This document shows, piece by piece, positions 1 to 15,000 of a stretch of 64,000 nucleotides of DNA (the first letter of the stretch is position 1; every line of letters starts with the position of its first letter). The notes beneath the pieces were generated by a model that saw nothing but the letters and a program-made list of their open reading frames with translations, was not told where the DNA came from and made no database searches. The position numbers were made by a program, and so were the translations under genes. The stretch spans positions 115,506,001 to 115,570,000 of the forward strand of contig OZ024744.1 in NCBI GenBank assembly GCA_964016885.1, in the 5' to 3' direction. This DNA is from Eledone cirrhosa (Eukaryota).

Positions 1-3000
1 CTGTAATGTAGTCTAGGATGTCTGTATGTAACAACACTGTCCTAGATGTGGTAGCAGTACTGTAATGTAGTCTAGGATGTCTGTATATAACAACACTGTC
101 CCAGATGTGGTAGCAGTACTGTAATGTAGTCTAGGATGTCTGTATATAACATCACTGTCCCAGATGTGGAAGCAGTACTGTAACGTGGTCTAGGATGTCT
201 GTATGTAACAACACTGTACCAGATGTGGTAGCAGTACTGAAATGTGGTCTAGGATGTCTGTATATAACAACACTGTACCAGATGTGGTAGCAGTACTGTA
301 ATGTGGTCTAGGCTGTCACTATGTAACAACAGTGTACCAGATGTGGTAGCAGTACTGTAATGAGGTCTAGGATGTCTGTATGTAACAACACTGTCCCAGA
401 TGTGGTAGCAGTACTGTAATGTGGTCTAGGATGTCTGTATGTAACTACACTGTCCCAGATGTGGTAGCAGTACTGTAATGTGGTCTAGGATGTCTGTATG
501 TAACAACACTGTCCCAGATGTGGTAGCAGTACTGTAATGAGGTCTAGGATGTCTGTATGTAACAACACTGTCCCAGATGTGGTAGCAGTACTGTAATGTG
601 GTCTAGGATGTCTGTATGTAACTACACTGTCCGAGATGTGGTAGCAGTACTGTAATGTGGTCTAGGATGTCTGTATATAACAACACTGTCCCAGATGTGT
701 TAGCAGTACTGTAATGTAGTCTAGGATATCTGTATATAACAACACTGTACCAGATGTGGTAGCAGTACTGTAATGTGGTCTAGGATGTCTGTATGTAACA
801 ACACTGTCCTAGATGTGGTAACAGTAGTGTAATGTGGTCTAGTATGTCTGTATGTAACAACACTGTACCAGATGTGGTAGCAGTACTGTGATGTGGTCTA
901 GGATGTCTGTGTGTAACAACACTGTCGCAGATGTGGTAGCAGTACTGTAATGTGGTCTAGGATGTCTGTATGTGACAACACTGTACCAGATGTGGTAGCA
1001 GTACTGTAATGTAGTCTAGGATGTATGTATGTAACAACACTGTCCTAGATGTGGTAGCAGTACTGTAATGTGGTCTAGGATGTCTGTATGTAACAACACT
1101 GTCCTAGTTGTGGTAGTAGTACTGTAATGTGGTCTAGGATATCTGTATGTAACAACACTGTCCCAGATGTGTTGGCAGTACTGTAACGTAGTCTAGGATA
1201 TCTGTATGTAACAACACTGTCCCAGATGTGGTAGCAGTACTGTATTGTGGTGTAGCATGTCTGTATGTAACTACACTGTCCCAGATATGGTAGCAGTACT
1301 GTAATGTAGTCTAGGATGTCACTATGTAACAACACTGTCCCAGATGTGGTAGCAGTACTGTAATGTGGTCTAGGATGTCTGTATGTAACAACACTGTCCT
1401 AGATGAGGTAGCAGTACTGTAATGTGGTCTAGGATGTCTCTATGTAACAACACTGTCCTAGATGTGGTAGCAGTACTGTAATGTGGTCTAGGACGTCTCT
1501 ATGTAACAACACTGTCCTAGATGTGGTAGCAGTACTGTAATGTAGTCTAGGATGTCTCTTTCTAACAACACTGTCCTAGATGTGGTAGCAGTACTGTAAT
1601 GTGGTCTAGGATGTCTCTTTCTAACAACACTGTCCCAGGTGTGGTAGCAATACTGTAATGTGGTCTAGGATGTCTGTATGTAACAACACTGTCCCAGATG
1701 TGGAAGCAGTACTGTAATGTAGTCTAGGATGTCTGTATATAACAACACTGTCCCAGATCTGGTAGCAGTACTGTAATGTGGTCTAGGGTGTCTGTATGTA
1801 ACGACACTGTCCCAGCTGTGGTAGCAGTACTGTAATGTGGTCTAGAATGTCTGTATATAAAACTGTCCCGGATGTCGGAGCAGTACATTAATGTGGTCTA
1901 GTATGTCTGTATGTAACAACACTGTCCCAGCTGTGGTAGCAGTACTGTAATGTAGTCTAGTATGGCTGTATGTAACAACACTGTCCCAGATGTGGTAGCA
2001 GTACTGTAATGTAGTCTAGGATGTCTGTATGTAACAACAGTTTCCCAGATGTGGTAGCAGTACTGTAATGTGGTCTAGCATGTCTGTATGTAACAACACT
2101 GTCCTAGGTGTGGTAGCAGTACTGTAACGTGGGCTAGGATGTCTGTATGTAACAACACTGTCCTAGGTGTGGTAGCAGTACTGTAATGTGGTCTAGGATG
2201 TCTGTATATAACAAGACTGTCCCAGATGTGGTAGCAGTACTGTAATGTGGTCTAGGATGTCTGTATATAACAACACTGTCCCAGATGTGTTAGCAGTACT
2301 GTAATGTAGTCTAGGATGTCTGTATGTAACAACACTGTCCTAGATCTGGTAGCAGTACTGTAATGTGGTCTAGGATGTCTGTATATAACAACACTGTCCC
2401 AGATGTGTTAGCAGTACTGTAATGTAGTCTAGGATGTCTGTATGTAACAACACTGTACCAGATCTGGTAGCAGTACTGTAATGTGGTCTAGGATGTCTGC
2501 ATATAACAACACTGTACCACATGTGGTAGCAGTACTGTAATGTGGTCTAGTATGTCTGTATTTAACAACGCTGTCCCAGATGTGGTAGCAGTACTGTAAT
2601 GTAGTCTAGGATGTCTGTATATAACAACACTGTCCTGGATGTGGTAGCAGTATTTTAATGTGGTCTAGGGTGTCTGAATGTAACTACACTCTCCTAGATG
2701 TGGTAGCAGTACTGTAATGTGGTCTAGGATGTCTGTATGTAACGACACTGTCCCAGATGTGGTAGCAGTACTGTAATATGGTCTAGGATGTCTGTCTGCA
2801 ACAACACTGTCCCAGATGTTGTAGCACTACTGTAATGTAGTCTAGGATGTCTGTATGTAACACTGTACCAGATGTGGTAGCAGTACTGTAATGTAGTCTA
2901 GGATGTCTGTATGTAACAACACTGTCCCACATGTTGTAGCAGTACTGTAATGTGGTCCAGCATGTCTGTATGTAACAACACTATACCAGATGTGGTAGTA

Positions 3001-6000
3001 ATACTGTACTGTGGTCTAGGATGTCTGTATGCAACAACACTGTCCCAGATGTGGTAGCAGTACTGTAATGTGGTCTAGGATGTCTGTATGTAACAACACT
3101 GTCCTAGGTGTGGTAGCAGTACTGTAATGTGGTCTAGGATGTCTGTATATAACAACACTATCCCAGATGTGGTAGCAGTACTGTAATGTAGTCTAGGATG
3201 TCTGTATGTAACAACGCTGTCCTAGGTGTGGTAGCAGTACTGTAATGTGGTCTAGGATGTCTGTATATAACAACACTGTACCAGATGTGGTAGCAGTACT
3301 GTAATGTAGTCTAGGATGTCTGTATATAACAACACTGTACCAGATGTGGTAGCAGTACTGTAATGTAGTCTAGGATGTCTGTATGTAACAACACTGTCCC
3401 AGATGTGGTAGCAGTACTGTAATGTGGTCTAGGATGTCTGTATGTAACAACACTGTCCTAGATGTGGTAGCAGTACTGTAATGTGGTCTAGGATGTCTAT
3501 ATGTAACAACACTGTCCTAGATGTGGTAGCAGTACTGTAATGTGGTCTAGGATGTCTCTATGTAACGACACTATCCTAGATGTGGTAGCAGTACTGTAAT
3601 GTAGTCTAGGATGTCTCTATGAAACAACACTGTCCTAGATGTGGTAGCAGTACTGTAATGTGGTCTAGGATGTCTGTATCTAACAACACTGTACCAGATG
3701 TGGTAGCAGTACGGTAATGTAGTCTAGGATGTCTGTATGTAACAACACTGTACCAGATGTGGTAGCAGTACTGTAATGTGGTCTAGGATGTCTCTATGTA
3801 ACAACACTGTCCTAGATGTGGTAGCAGTACTGTAATGTGGTCTAGGATCTCTGTATGTAACAACACTGTCCTAGATGTGGTAGCAGTACTGTAATGTGGT
3901 CTAGGATGTCTGTATGTAACAACACTGTTCCAGATGTGGTAGCAGTACTGTAATGTAGTCTAGGATGTCTGTATATAACAACACTGTACCAGATGTGGTA
4001 GCAGTACTGTAATGTAGTCTAGGATGTCTGTATGTAACAACACTGTCCCAGATGTGGTAGCAGTACTGTAATGTGGTCTAGGATGTCTGTATGTAACAAC
4101 ACTGTCCTAGATGAGGTAGCAGTACTGTAATGTGGTCTAGGATGTCTCTATGTAACAACACTGTCCTAGATGTGGTAGCAGTACTGTAATGTGGTCTAGG
4201 ATGTCTGTATGTAACAACACTGTCCCAGATGTGGTAGCAGTACTGTAATGTAGTCTAGGATGTCTGTATATAACAACACTGTACCAGATGTGGTAGCAGT
4301 ACTGTAATGTAGTCTAGGATGTCTGTATGTAACAACACTGTCCCAGATGTGGTAGCAGTACTGTAATGTGGTCTAGGATGTCTGTATGTAACAACACTGT
4401 CCTAGATGAGGTAGCAGTACTGTAATGTGGTCTAGGATGTCTGTATGTAACAACACTGTCCTAGTTGTGGTAGTAGTACTGTAATGTGGTCTAGGATATC
4501 TGTATGTAACAACACTGTCCCAGATGTGTTGGCAGTACTGTAACGTAGTCTAGGATATCTGTATGTAACAACACTGTCCCAGATGTGGTAGCAGTACTGT
4601 ATTGTGGTGTAGCATGTCTGTATGTAACTACACTGTCCCAGATATGGTAGCAGTACTGTAATGTAGTCTAGGATGTCACTATGTAACAACACTGTCCCAG
4701 ATGTGGTAGCAGTACTGTAATGTGGTCTAGGATGTCTGTATGTAACAACACTGTCCTAGATGAGGTAGCAGTACTGTAATGTGGTCTAGGATGTCTCTAT
4801 GTAACAACACTGTCCTAGATGTGGTAGCAGTACTGTAATGTGGTCTAGGACGTCTCTATGTAACAACACTGTCCTAGATGTGGTAGCAGTACTGTAATGT
4901 AGTCTAGGATGTCTCTTTCTAACAACACTGTCCTAGATGTGGTAGCAGTACTGTAATGTGGTCTAGGATGTCTCTTTCTAACAACACTGTCCCAGGTGTG
5001 GTAGCAATACTGTAATGTGGTCTAGGATGTCTGTATGTAACAACACTGTCCCAGATGTGTTAGCAGTACTGTAATGTAGTCTAGGATGTCTGTATATAAC
5101 AACACTGTCCCAGATCTGGTAGCAGTACTGTAATGTGGTCTAGGGTGTCTGTATGTAACGACACTGTCCCAGCTGTGGTAGCAGTACTGTAATGTGGTCT
5201 AGAATGTCTGTATATAAAACTCTCCCGGATGTCGGAGCAGTACATTAATGTGGTCTAGTATGTCTGTATGTAACAACACTGTCCCAGCTGTGGTAGCAGT
5301 ACTGTAATGTAGTCTAGTATGGCTGTATGTAACAACACTGTCCCAGATGTGGTAGCAGTACTGTAATGTAGTCTAGGATGTCTGTATGTAACAACAGTTT
5401 CCCAGATGTGGTAGCAGTACTGTAATGTGGTCTAGGATGTCTGTATGTAACGACACTGTCCCATATGTGGTAGCAGTACTGTAATATGGTCTAGGATGTC
5501 TGTCTGCAACAACACTGTCCCAGATGTTGTAGCACTACTGTAATGTAGTCTAGGATGTCTGTATGTAACAACACTGTCCTAGATGTGGTAGCAGTACTGT
5601 AATGTGGTCTAGGATGTCTCTATGTAACAACACTGTCCTAGATGTGGTAGCAGTACTGTAATGTGGTCTGGGATGTCTCTATGTAACAACACTGTCCTAG
5701 ATGTGGTAGCAGTACTGTAATGTAGTCTAGGATGTCTCTATGTAACAACACTGTCCTAGATGTGGTAGCAGTACTGTAATGTGGACTAGGATGTCTGTAT
5801 GTAACAACACTGTACCAGATGTGGTAGCAGTACGGTAATGTAGTCTAGGATGTTTGTATGTAGCAACACCGTCCTAGATTCGGGTAGCAGTACTGTAATG
5901 TAGTCTAGGATGTCTCTATGTAACAACACTGTCCTAGATGTGGTAGCAGTACTGTAATGTGGACTAGGATGTCTGTATGTAACAACACTGTACCAGATGT

Positions 6001-9000
6001 GGTAGCAGTAGTGTAATGTGGTCTAGGATGTCTGTATGTAACAACAATACTGTCCCAGATTGGTAGCACTACTTTAATATGGTCTAGGATGTCTGCATAT
6101 AACACTGTCCCAGGCGTGGAAGCAGTACTGTAATGAGGTCTAGGGTGTCTGTATGTAACGACACTGTCCCAGCTGTGGTAGCAGTACCTTAATGTAGTCT
6201 AGGATATCTGTATATAAAACTGTCCCGGATGTGGTAGCAGTACATTAATGTGGTCTAGGTTGTCTGTATATAACAACACTGTCCCAGGTGTGGTAGCAAT
6301 ACTGTAATGTGGTCTAGGATGTCTGTATGTAACAACACTGTCCCAGATGTGGAAGCAGTACTGTAATGTAGTCTAGGATGTCTGTATATAACAACACTGT
6401 CCCAGATCTGGTAGCAGTACTGTAATGTGGTCTAGGGTGTCTGTATGTAACGACACTGTCCCAGCTGTAGTAGCAGTACTGTAATGTGGTCTAGAATGTC
6501 TGTATATAAAACTGTCCCGGATGTGGGAGCAGTACATTAATGTGGTCTAGTATGTCTGTATGTAACAACACTGTCCCAGCTGTGGTAGCAGTACTGTAAT
6601 GTAGTCTAGTATGGCTGTATGTAACAACACTGTCCCAGATGTGGTAGCAGTACTGTAATGTGGTCTAGGATGTCTATATGTAACAACACTGTCCCAGATG
6701 TGTTAGCAGTACTGTAATGTAGTCTAGGATATCTGTATATAACAACACTGTACCAGATGTGGTAGCAGTACTGTAATGTGGTCTAGGATGTCTGTATGTA
6801 ACAACACTGTCCTAGATGTGGTAACAGTAGTGTAATGTGGTCTAGTATGTCTGTATGTAACAACACTGTACCAGATGTGGTAGCAGTACTGTGATGTGGT
6901 CTAGGATGTCTGTGTGTAACAACACTGTCGCAGATGTGGTAGCAGTACTGTAATGTGGTCTAGGATGTCTGTATGTGACAACACTGTACCAGATGTGGTA
7001 GCAGTACTGTAATGTAGTCTAGGATGTATGTATGTAACAACACTGTCCTAGATGTGGTAGCAGTACTGTAATGTGGTCTAGGATGTCTGTATGTAACAAC
7101 ACTGTCCTAGTTGTGGTAGTAGTACTGTAATGTGGTCTAGGATATCTGTATGTAACAACACTGTCCCAGATGTGTTGGCAGTACTGTAACGTAGTCTAGG
7201 ATATCTGTATGTAACAACACTGTCCCAGATGTGGTAGCAGTACTGTATTGTGGTGTAGCATGTCTGTATGTAACTACACTGTCCCAGATATGGTAGCAGT
7301 ACTGTAATGTAGTCTAGGATGTCACTATGTAACAACACTGTCCCAGATGTGGTAGCAGTACTGTAATGTGGTCTAGGATGTCTGTATGTAACAACACTGT
7401 CCTAGATGAGGTAGCAGTACTGTAATGTGGTCTAGGATGTCTCTATGTAACAACACTGTCCTAGATGTGGTAGCAGTACTGTAATGTGGTCTAGGACGTC
7501 TCTATGTAACAACACTGTCCTAGATGTGGTAGCAGTACTGTAATGTAGTCTAGGATGTCTCTTTCTAACAACACTGTCCTAGATGTGGTAGCAGTACTGT
7601 AATGTGGTCTAGGATGTCTCTTTCTAACAACACTGTCCCAGGTGTGGTAGCAATACTGTAATGTGGTCTAGGATGTCTGTATGTAACAACACTGTCCCAG
7701 ATGTGGAAGCAGTACTGTAATGTAGTCTAGGATGTCTGTATATAACAACACTGTCCCAGATCTGGTAGCAGTACTGTAATGTGGTCTAGGGTGTCTGTAT
7801 GTAACGACACTGTCCCAGCTGTGGTAGCAGTACTGTAATGTGGTCTAGAATGTCTGTATATAAAACTGTCCCGGATGTCGGAGCAGTACATTAATGTGGT
7901 CTAGTATGTCTGTATGTAACAACACTGTCCCAGCTGTGGTAGCAGTACTGTAATGTAGTCTAGTATGGCTGTATGTAACAACACTGTCCCAGATGTGGTA
8001 GCAGTACTGTAATGTAGTCTAGGATGTCTGTATGTAACAACAGTTTCCCAGATGTGGTAGCAGTACTGTAATGTGGTCTAGCATGTCTGTATGTAACAAC
8101 ACTGTCCTAGGTGTGGTAGCAGTACTGTAACGTGGGCTAGGATGTCTGTATGTAACAACACTGTCCTAGGTGTGGTAGCAGTACTGTAATGTGGTCTAGG
8201 ATGTCTGTATATAACAAGACTGTCCCAGATGTGGTAGCAGTACTGTAATGTGGTCTAGGATGTCTGTATATAACAACACTGTCCCAGATGTGTTAGCAGT
8301 ACTGTAATGTAGTCTAGGATGTCTGTATGTAACAACACTGTCCTAGATCTGGTAGCAGTACTGTAATGTGGTCTAGGATGTCTGTATATAACAACACTGT
8401 CCCAGATGTGTTAGCAGTACTGTAATGTAGTCTAGGATGTCTGTATGTAACAACACTGTACCAGATCTGGTAGCAGTACTGTAATGTGGTCTAGGATGTC
8501 TGCATATAACAACACTGTACCACATGTGGTAGCAGTACTGTAATGTGGTCTAGTATGTCTGTATTTAACAACGCTGTCCCAGATGTGGTAGCAGTACTGT
8601 AATGTAGTCTAGGATGTCTGTATATAACAACACTGTCCTGGATGTGGTAGCAGTATTTTAATGTGGTCTAGGGTGTCTGAATGTAACTACACTCTCCTAG
8701 ATGTGGTAGCAGTACTGTAATGTGGTCTAGGATGTCTGTATGTAACGACACTGTCCCAGATGTGGTAGCAGTACTGTAATATGGTCTAGGATGTCTGTCT
8801 GCAACAACACTGTCCCAGATGTTGTAGCACTACTGTAATGTAGTCTAGGATGTCTGTATGTAACACTGTACCAGATGTGGTAGCAGTACTGTAATGTAGT
8901 CTAGGATGTCTGTATGTAACAACACTGTCCCACATGTTGTAGCAGTACTGTAATGTGGTCTAGCATGTCTGTATGTAACAACACTATACCAGATGTGGTA

Positions 9001-12000
9001 GTAATACTGTACTGTGGTCTAGGATGTCTGTATGCAACAACACTGTCCCAGATGTGGTAGCAGTACTGTAATGTGGTCTAGGATGTCTGTATGTAACAAC
9101 ACTGTCCTAGGTGTGGTAGCAGTACTGTAATGTGGTCTAGGATGTCTGTATATAACAACACTATCCCAGATGTGGTAGCAGTACTGTAATGTAGTCTAGG
9201 ATGTCTGTATGTAACAACGCTGTCCTAGGTGTGGTAGCAGTACTGTAATGTGGTCTAGGATGTCTGTATATAACAACACTGTACCAGATGTGGTAGCAGT
9301 ACTGTAATGTAGTCTAGGATGTCTGTATATAACAACACTGTACCAGATGTGGTAGCAGTACTGTAATGTAGTCTAGGATGTCTGTATGTAACAACACTGT
9401 CCCAGATGTGGTAGCAGTACTGTAATGTGGTCTAGGATGTCTGTATGTAACAACACTGTCCTAGATGTGGTAGCAGTACTGTAATGTGGTCTAGGATGTC
9501 TATATGTAACAACACTGTCCTAGATGTGGTAGCAGTACTGTAATGTGGTCTAGGATGTCTCTATGTAACGACACTATCCTAGATGTGGTAGCAGTACTGT
9601 AATGTAGTCTAGGATGTCTCTATGAAACAACACTGTCCTAGATGTGGTAGCAGTACTGTAATGTGGTCTAGGATGTCTGTATCTAACAACACTGTACCAG
9701 ATGTGGTAGCAGTACGGTAATGTAGTCTAGGATGTCTGTATGTAACAACACTGTACCAGATGTGGTAGCAGTACTGTAATGTGGTCTAGGATGTCTCTAT
9801 GTAACAACACTGTCCTAGATGTGGTAGCAGTACTGTAATGTGGTCTAGGATCTCTGTATGTAACAACACTGTCCTAGATGTGGTAGCAGTACTGTAATGT
9901 GGTCTAGGATGTCTGTATGTAACAACACTGTTCCAGATGTGGTAGCAGTACTGTAATGTAGTCTAGGATGTCTGTATATAACAACACTGTACCAGATGTG
10001 GTAGCAGTACTGTAATGTAGTCTAGGATGTCTGTATGTAACAACACTGTCCCAGATGTGGTAGCAGTACTGTAATGTGGTCTAGGATGTCTGTATGTAAC
10101 AACACTGTCCTAGATGAGGTAGCAGTACTGTAATGTGGTCTAGGATGTCTCTATGTAACAACACTGTCCTAGATGTGGTAGCAGTACTGTAATGTGGTCT
10201 AGGATGTCTGTATGTAACAACACTGTCCCAGATGTGGTAGCAGTACTGTAATGTAGTCTAGGATGTCTGTATATAACAACACTGTACCAGATGTGGTAGC
10301 AGTACTGTAATGTAGTCTAGGATGTCTGTATGTAACAACACTGTCCCAGATGTGGTAGCAGTACTGTAATGTGGTCTAGGATGTCTGTATGTAACAACAC
10401 TGTCCTAGATGAGGTAGCAGTACTGTAATGTGGTCTAGGATGTCTGTATGTAACAACACTGTCCTAGTTGTGGTAGTAGTACTGTAATGTGGTCTAGGAT
10501 ATCTGTATGTAACAACACTGTCCCAGATGTGTTGGCAGTACTGTAACGTAGTCTAGGATATCTGTATGTAACAACACTGTCCCAGATGTGGTAGCAGTAC
10601 TGTATTGTGGTGTAGCATGTCTGTATGTAACTACACTGTCCCAGATATGGTAGCAGTACTGTAATGTAGTCTAGGATGTCACTATGTAACAACACTGTCC
10701 CAGATGTGGTAGCAGTACTGTAATGTGGTCTAGGATGTCTGTATGTAACAACACTGTCCTAGATGAGGTAGCAGTACTGTAATGTGGTCTAGGATGTCTC
10801 TATGTAACAACACTGTCCTAGATGTGGTAGCAGTACTGTAATGTGGTCTAGGACGTCTCTATGTAACAACACTGTCCTAGATGTGGTAGCAGTACTGTAA
10901 TGTAGTCTAGGATGTCTCTTTCTAACAACACTGTCCTAGATGTGGTAGCAGTACTGTAATGTGGTCTAGGATGTCTCTTTCTAACAACACTGTCCCAGGT
11001 GTGGTAGCAATACTGTAATGTGGTCTAGGATGTCTGTATGTAACAACACTGTCCCAGATGTGTTAGCAGTACTGTAATGTAGTCTAGGATGTCTGTATAT
11101 AACAACACTGTCCCAGATCTGGTAGCAGTACTGTAATGTGGTCTAGGGTGTCTGTATGTAACGACACTGTCCCAGCTGTGGTAGCAGTACTGTAATGTGG
11201 TCTAGAATGTCTGTATATAAAACTCTCCCGGATGTCGGAGCAGTACATTAATGTGGTCTAGTATGTCTGTATGTAACAACACTGTCCCAGCTGTGGTAGC
11301 AGTACTGTAATGTAGTCTAGTATGGCTGTATGTAACAACACTGTCCCAGATGTGGTAGCAGTACTGTAATGTAGTCTAGGATGTCTGTATGTAACAACAG
11401 TTTCCCAGATGTGGTAGCAGTACTGTAATGTGGTCTAGGATGTCTGTATGTAACGACACTGTCCCAGATGTGGTAGCAGTACTGTAATATGGTCTAGGAT
11501 GTCTGTCTGCAACAACACTGTCCCAGATGTTGTAGCACTACTGTAATGTAGTCTAGGATGTCTGTATGTAACAACACTGTCCTAGATGTGGTAGCAGTAC
11601 TGTAATGTGGTCTAGGATGTCTCTATGTAACAACACTGTCCTAGATGTGGTAGCAGTACTGTAATGTGGTCTGGGATGTCTCTATGTAACAACACTGTCC
11701 TAGATGTGGTAGCAGTACTGTAATGTAGTCTAGGATGTCTCTATGTAACAACACTGTCCTAGATGTGGTAGCAGTACTGTAATGTGGACTAGGATGTCTG
11801 TATGTAACAACACTGTACCAGATGTGGTAGCAGTACGGTAATGTAGTCTAGGATGTTTGTATGTAGCAACACCGTCCTAGATTCGGGTAGCAGTACTGTA
11901 ATGTAGTCTAGGATGTCTCTATGTAACAACACTGTCCTAGATGTGGTAGCAGTACTGTAATGTGGACTAGGATGTCTGTATGTAACAACACTGTACCAGA

Positions 12001-15000
12001 TGTGGTAGCAGTAGTGTAATGTGGTCTAGGATGTCTGTATGTAACAACAATACTGTCCCAGATTGGTAGCACTACTTTAATATGGTCTAGGATGTCTGCA
12101 TATAACACTGTCCCAGGCGTGGAAGCAGTACTGTAATGAGGTCTAGGGTGTCTGTATGTAACGACACTGTCCCAGCTGTGGTAGCAGTACCTTAATGTAG
12201 TCTAGGATATCTGTATATAAAACTGTCCCGGATGTGGTAGCAGTACATTAATGTGGTCTAGGTTGTCTGTATATAACAACACTGTCCCAGGTGTGGTAGC
12301 AATACTGTAATGTGGTCTAGGATGTCTGTATGTAACAACACTGTCCCAGATGTGGAAGCAGTACTGTAATGTAGTCTAGGATGTCTGTATATAACAACAC
12401 TGTCCCAGATCTGGTAGCAGTACTGTAATGTGGTCTAGGGTGTCTGTATGTAACGACACTGTCCCAGCTGTAGTAGCAGTACTGTAATGTGGTCTAGAAT
12501 GTCTGTATATAAAACTGTCCCGGATGTGGGAGCAGTACATTAATGTGGTCTAGTATGTCTGTATGTAACAACACTGTCCCAGCTGTGGTAGCAGTACTGT
12601 AATGTAGTCTAGTATGGCTGTATGTAACAACACTGTCCCAGATGTGGTAGCAGTACTGTAATGTGGTCTAGGATGTCTATAAGTAACAACACTGTCCTAG
12701 GTGTGGTAGCAGTACTGTAATGTGGGCTAGGATGTCTGTATGTAACAACACTGTCCTAGGTGTGGTAGCAGTACTGTAATGTGGTCTAGGATGTCTGTAT
12801 ATAACAAGACTGTCCCAGATGTGGTAGCAGTACTGTAATGTGGTCTAGGATGTCTGTATGTAACAACACTGTCCCAGATGTGGTAGCAGTACTGTAATGT
12901 GGTCTAGGATGTCTGTATGTAACAACGCTGTCCTAGGTGTGGTAGCAGTACTGTAATGTGGTCTAGGATGTCTGTATATAACAACACTGTCCCAGATGTG
13001 TTAGCAGTACTGTAATGTGGTCTAGGATGTCTGTATATAACAACACTGTACCAGATGTGGTAGCAGTACTGTAATGTAGTCTAGGATGTCTGTATATAAC
13101 AACACTGTACCAGATGTGGTAGCAGTACTGTAATGTAGTCTAGGATGTCTGTATGTAACAACACTGTCCCAGATGTGGTAGCAGTACTGTAATGTGGTCT
13201 AGGATGTCTGTATGTAACAACACTGTCCTAGATGTGGTAGCAGTACTGTAATGTGGTCTAGGATGTCTCTATGAAACAACACTGTCCTAGATGTGGTAGC
13301 AGTACTGTAATGTGGTCTAGGATGTCTCTATGTAACGACACTGTCCTAGATGTGGTAGCAGTACTGTAATGTAGTGTAGGATGTCTGTATATATCAACAC
13401 TGTCCTAGATGTGGTAGCAGTACTGTAATGTGGTCTAGGATGTCTGTATCTAACAACACTGTACCAGATGTGGTAGCAGTACGGTAATGTAGTCTAGGAT
13501 GTCTGTATGTAACAACACTGTACCAGATGTGGTAGCAGTACTGTAATGTGGTCTAGGATGTCTCTATGTAACAACACTGTCCTAGATGTGGTAGCAGTAC
13601 TGTAATGTGGTCTAGGATGTCTGTATGTAACAACACTGTACCAGATGTGGTAGTAGTACTGTAATGTAGTCTAGGATGTCTGTATGTAACAACACTGTCC
13701 CAGAAGTGGTAGTAGTACTGTAATGTAGTCTAGGATGTCTGTATGCAACAACACTGTCCCAGATGTGGTAGCAGTACTGTAATGTAGTCTAGGATGTCTG
13801 TATGTAACAACACTGTCCCAGATGTTGTAGCAGTACTGTAATGTGGTCTAGGATGTCTGTATGTAACAACACTGTCCCAGATGTGGTAGCAGTACTGTAA
13901 TGTAGTCTAGGATGTCTGTATGTAACAACACTGTCCCAGATGTGGTAGCAGTACTGTAATGTGGTCTAGGATGTCTGTATGTAACAACACTGTCCTAGGT
14001 GTGGTAGCAGTACTGTAATGTGGTCTAGGATGTCTGTATATAACAACACTATCCCAGATGTGGTAGCAGTACTGTAATGTGGTCTAGGATGTCTGTATAT
14101 AACAACACTGTACCAGATGTGGTAGCAGTACTGTAATGTAGTCTAGGATGTCTGTATATAACAACACTGTACCAGATGTGGTAGCAGTACTGTAATGTAG
14201 TCTAGGATGTCTGTATGTAACAACACTGTCCCAGATGTGGTAGCAGTACTGTAATGTGGTCTAGGATGTCTGTATGTAACAACACTGTCCTAGATGTGGT
14301 AGCAGTACTGTAATGTGGTCTAGGATGTCTATATGTAACAACACTGTCCTAGATGTGGTAGCAGTACTGTAATGTGGTCTAGGATGTCTGTATGTAACGA
14401 CACTGTCCCAGATGTGGTAGCAGTACTGTAATATGGTCTAGGATGTCTGTCTGCAACAACACTGTCCTAGTTGTTGTAGCACTACTGTAATGTAGTCTAG
14501 GATGTCTGTATGTAACAACACTGTCCTAGATGTGGTAGCAGTACTGTAATGTGGTCTAGGATGTCTCTATGTAACAACACTGTCCTAGATGTGGTAGCAG
14601 TACTGTAATGTGGTCTGGGATGTCTCTATGTAACAACACTGTCCTAGATGTGGTAGCAGTACTGTAATGTGGTCTAGGATGTTTGTATGTAGCAACACCG
14701 TCCTAGATTCGGGTAGCAGTACTGTAATGTAGTCTAGGATGTCTCTATGTAACAACACTGTCCTAGATGTGGTAGCAGTACTGTAATGTGGACTAGGATG
14801 TCTGTATGTAACAACACTGTACCAGATGTGGTAGCAGTAGTGTAATGTGGTCTAGGATGTCTGTATGTAACAACAATACTGTCCCAGATTGGTAGCACTA
14901 CTTTAATATGGTCTAGGATGTCTGCATATAACACTGTCCCAGGCGTGGAAGCAGTACTGTAATGAGGTCTAGGGTGTCTGTATATAACGACACTGTCCCA

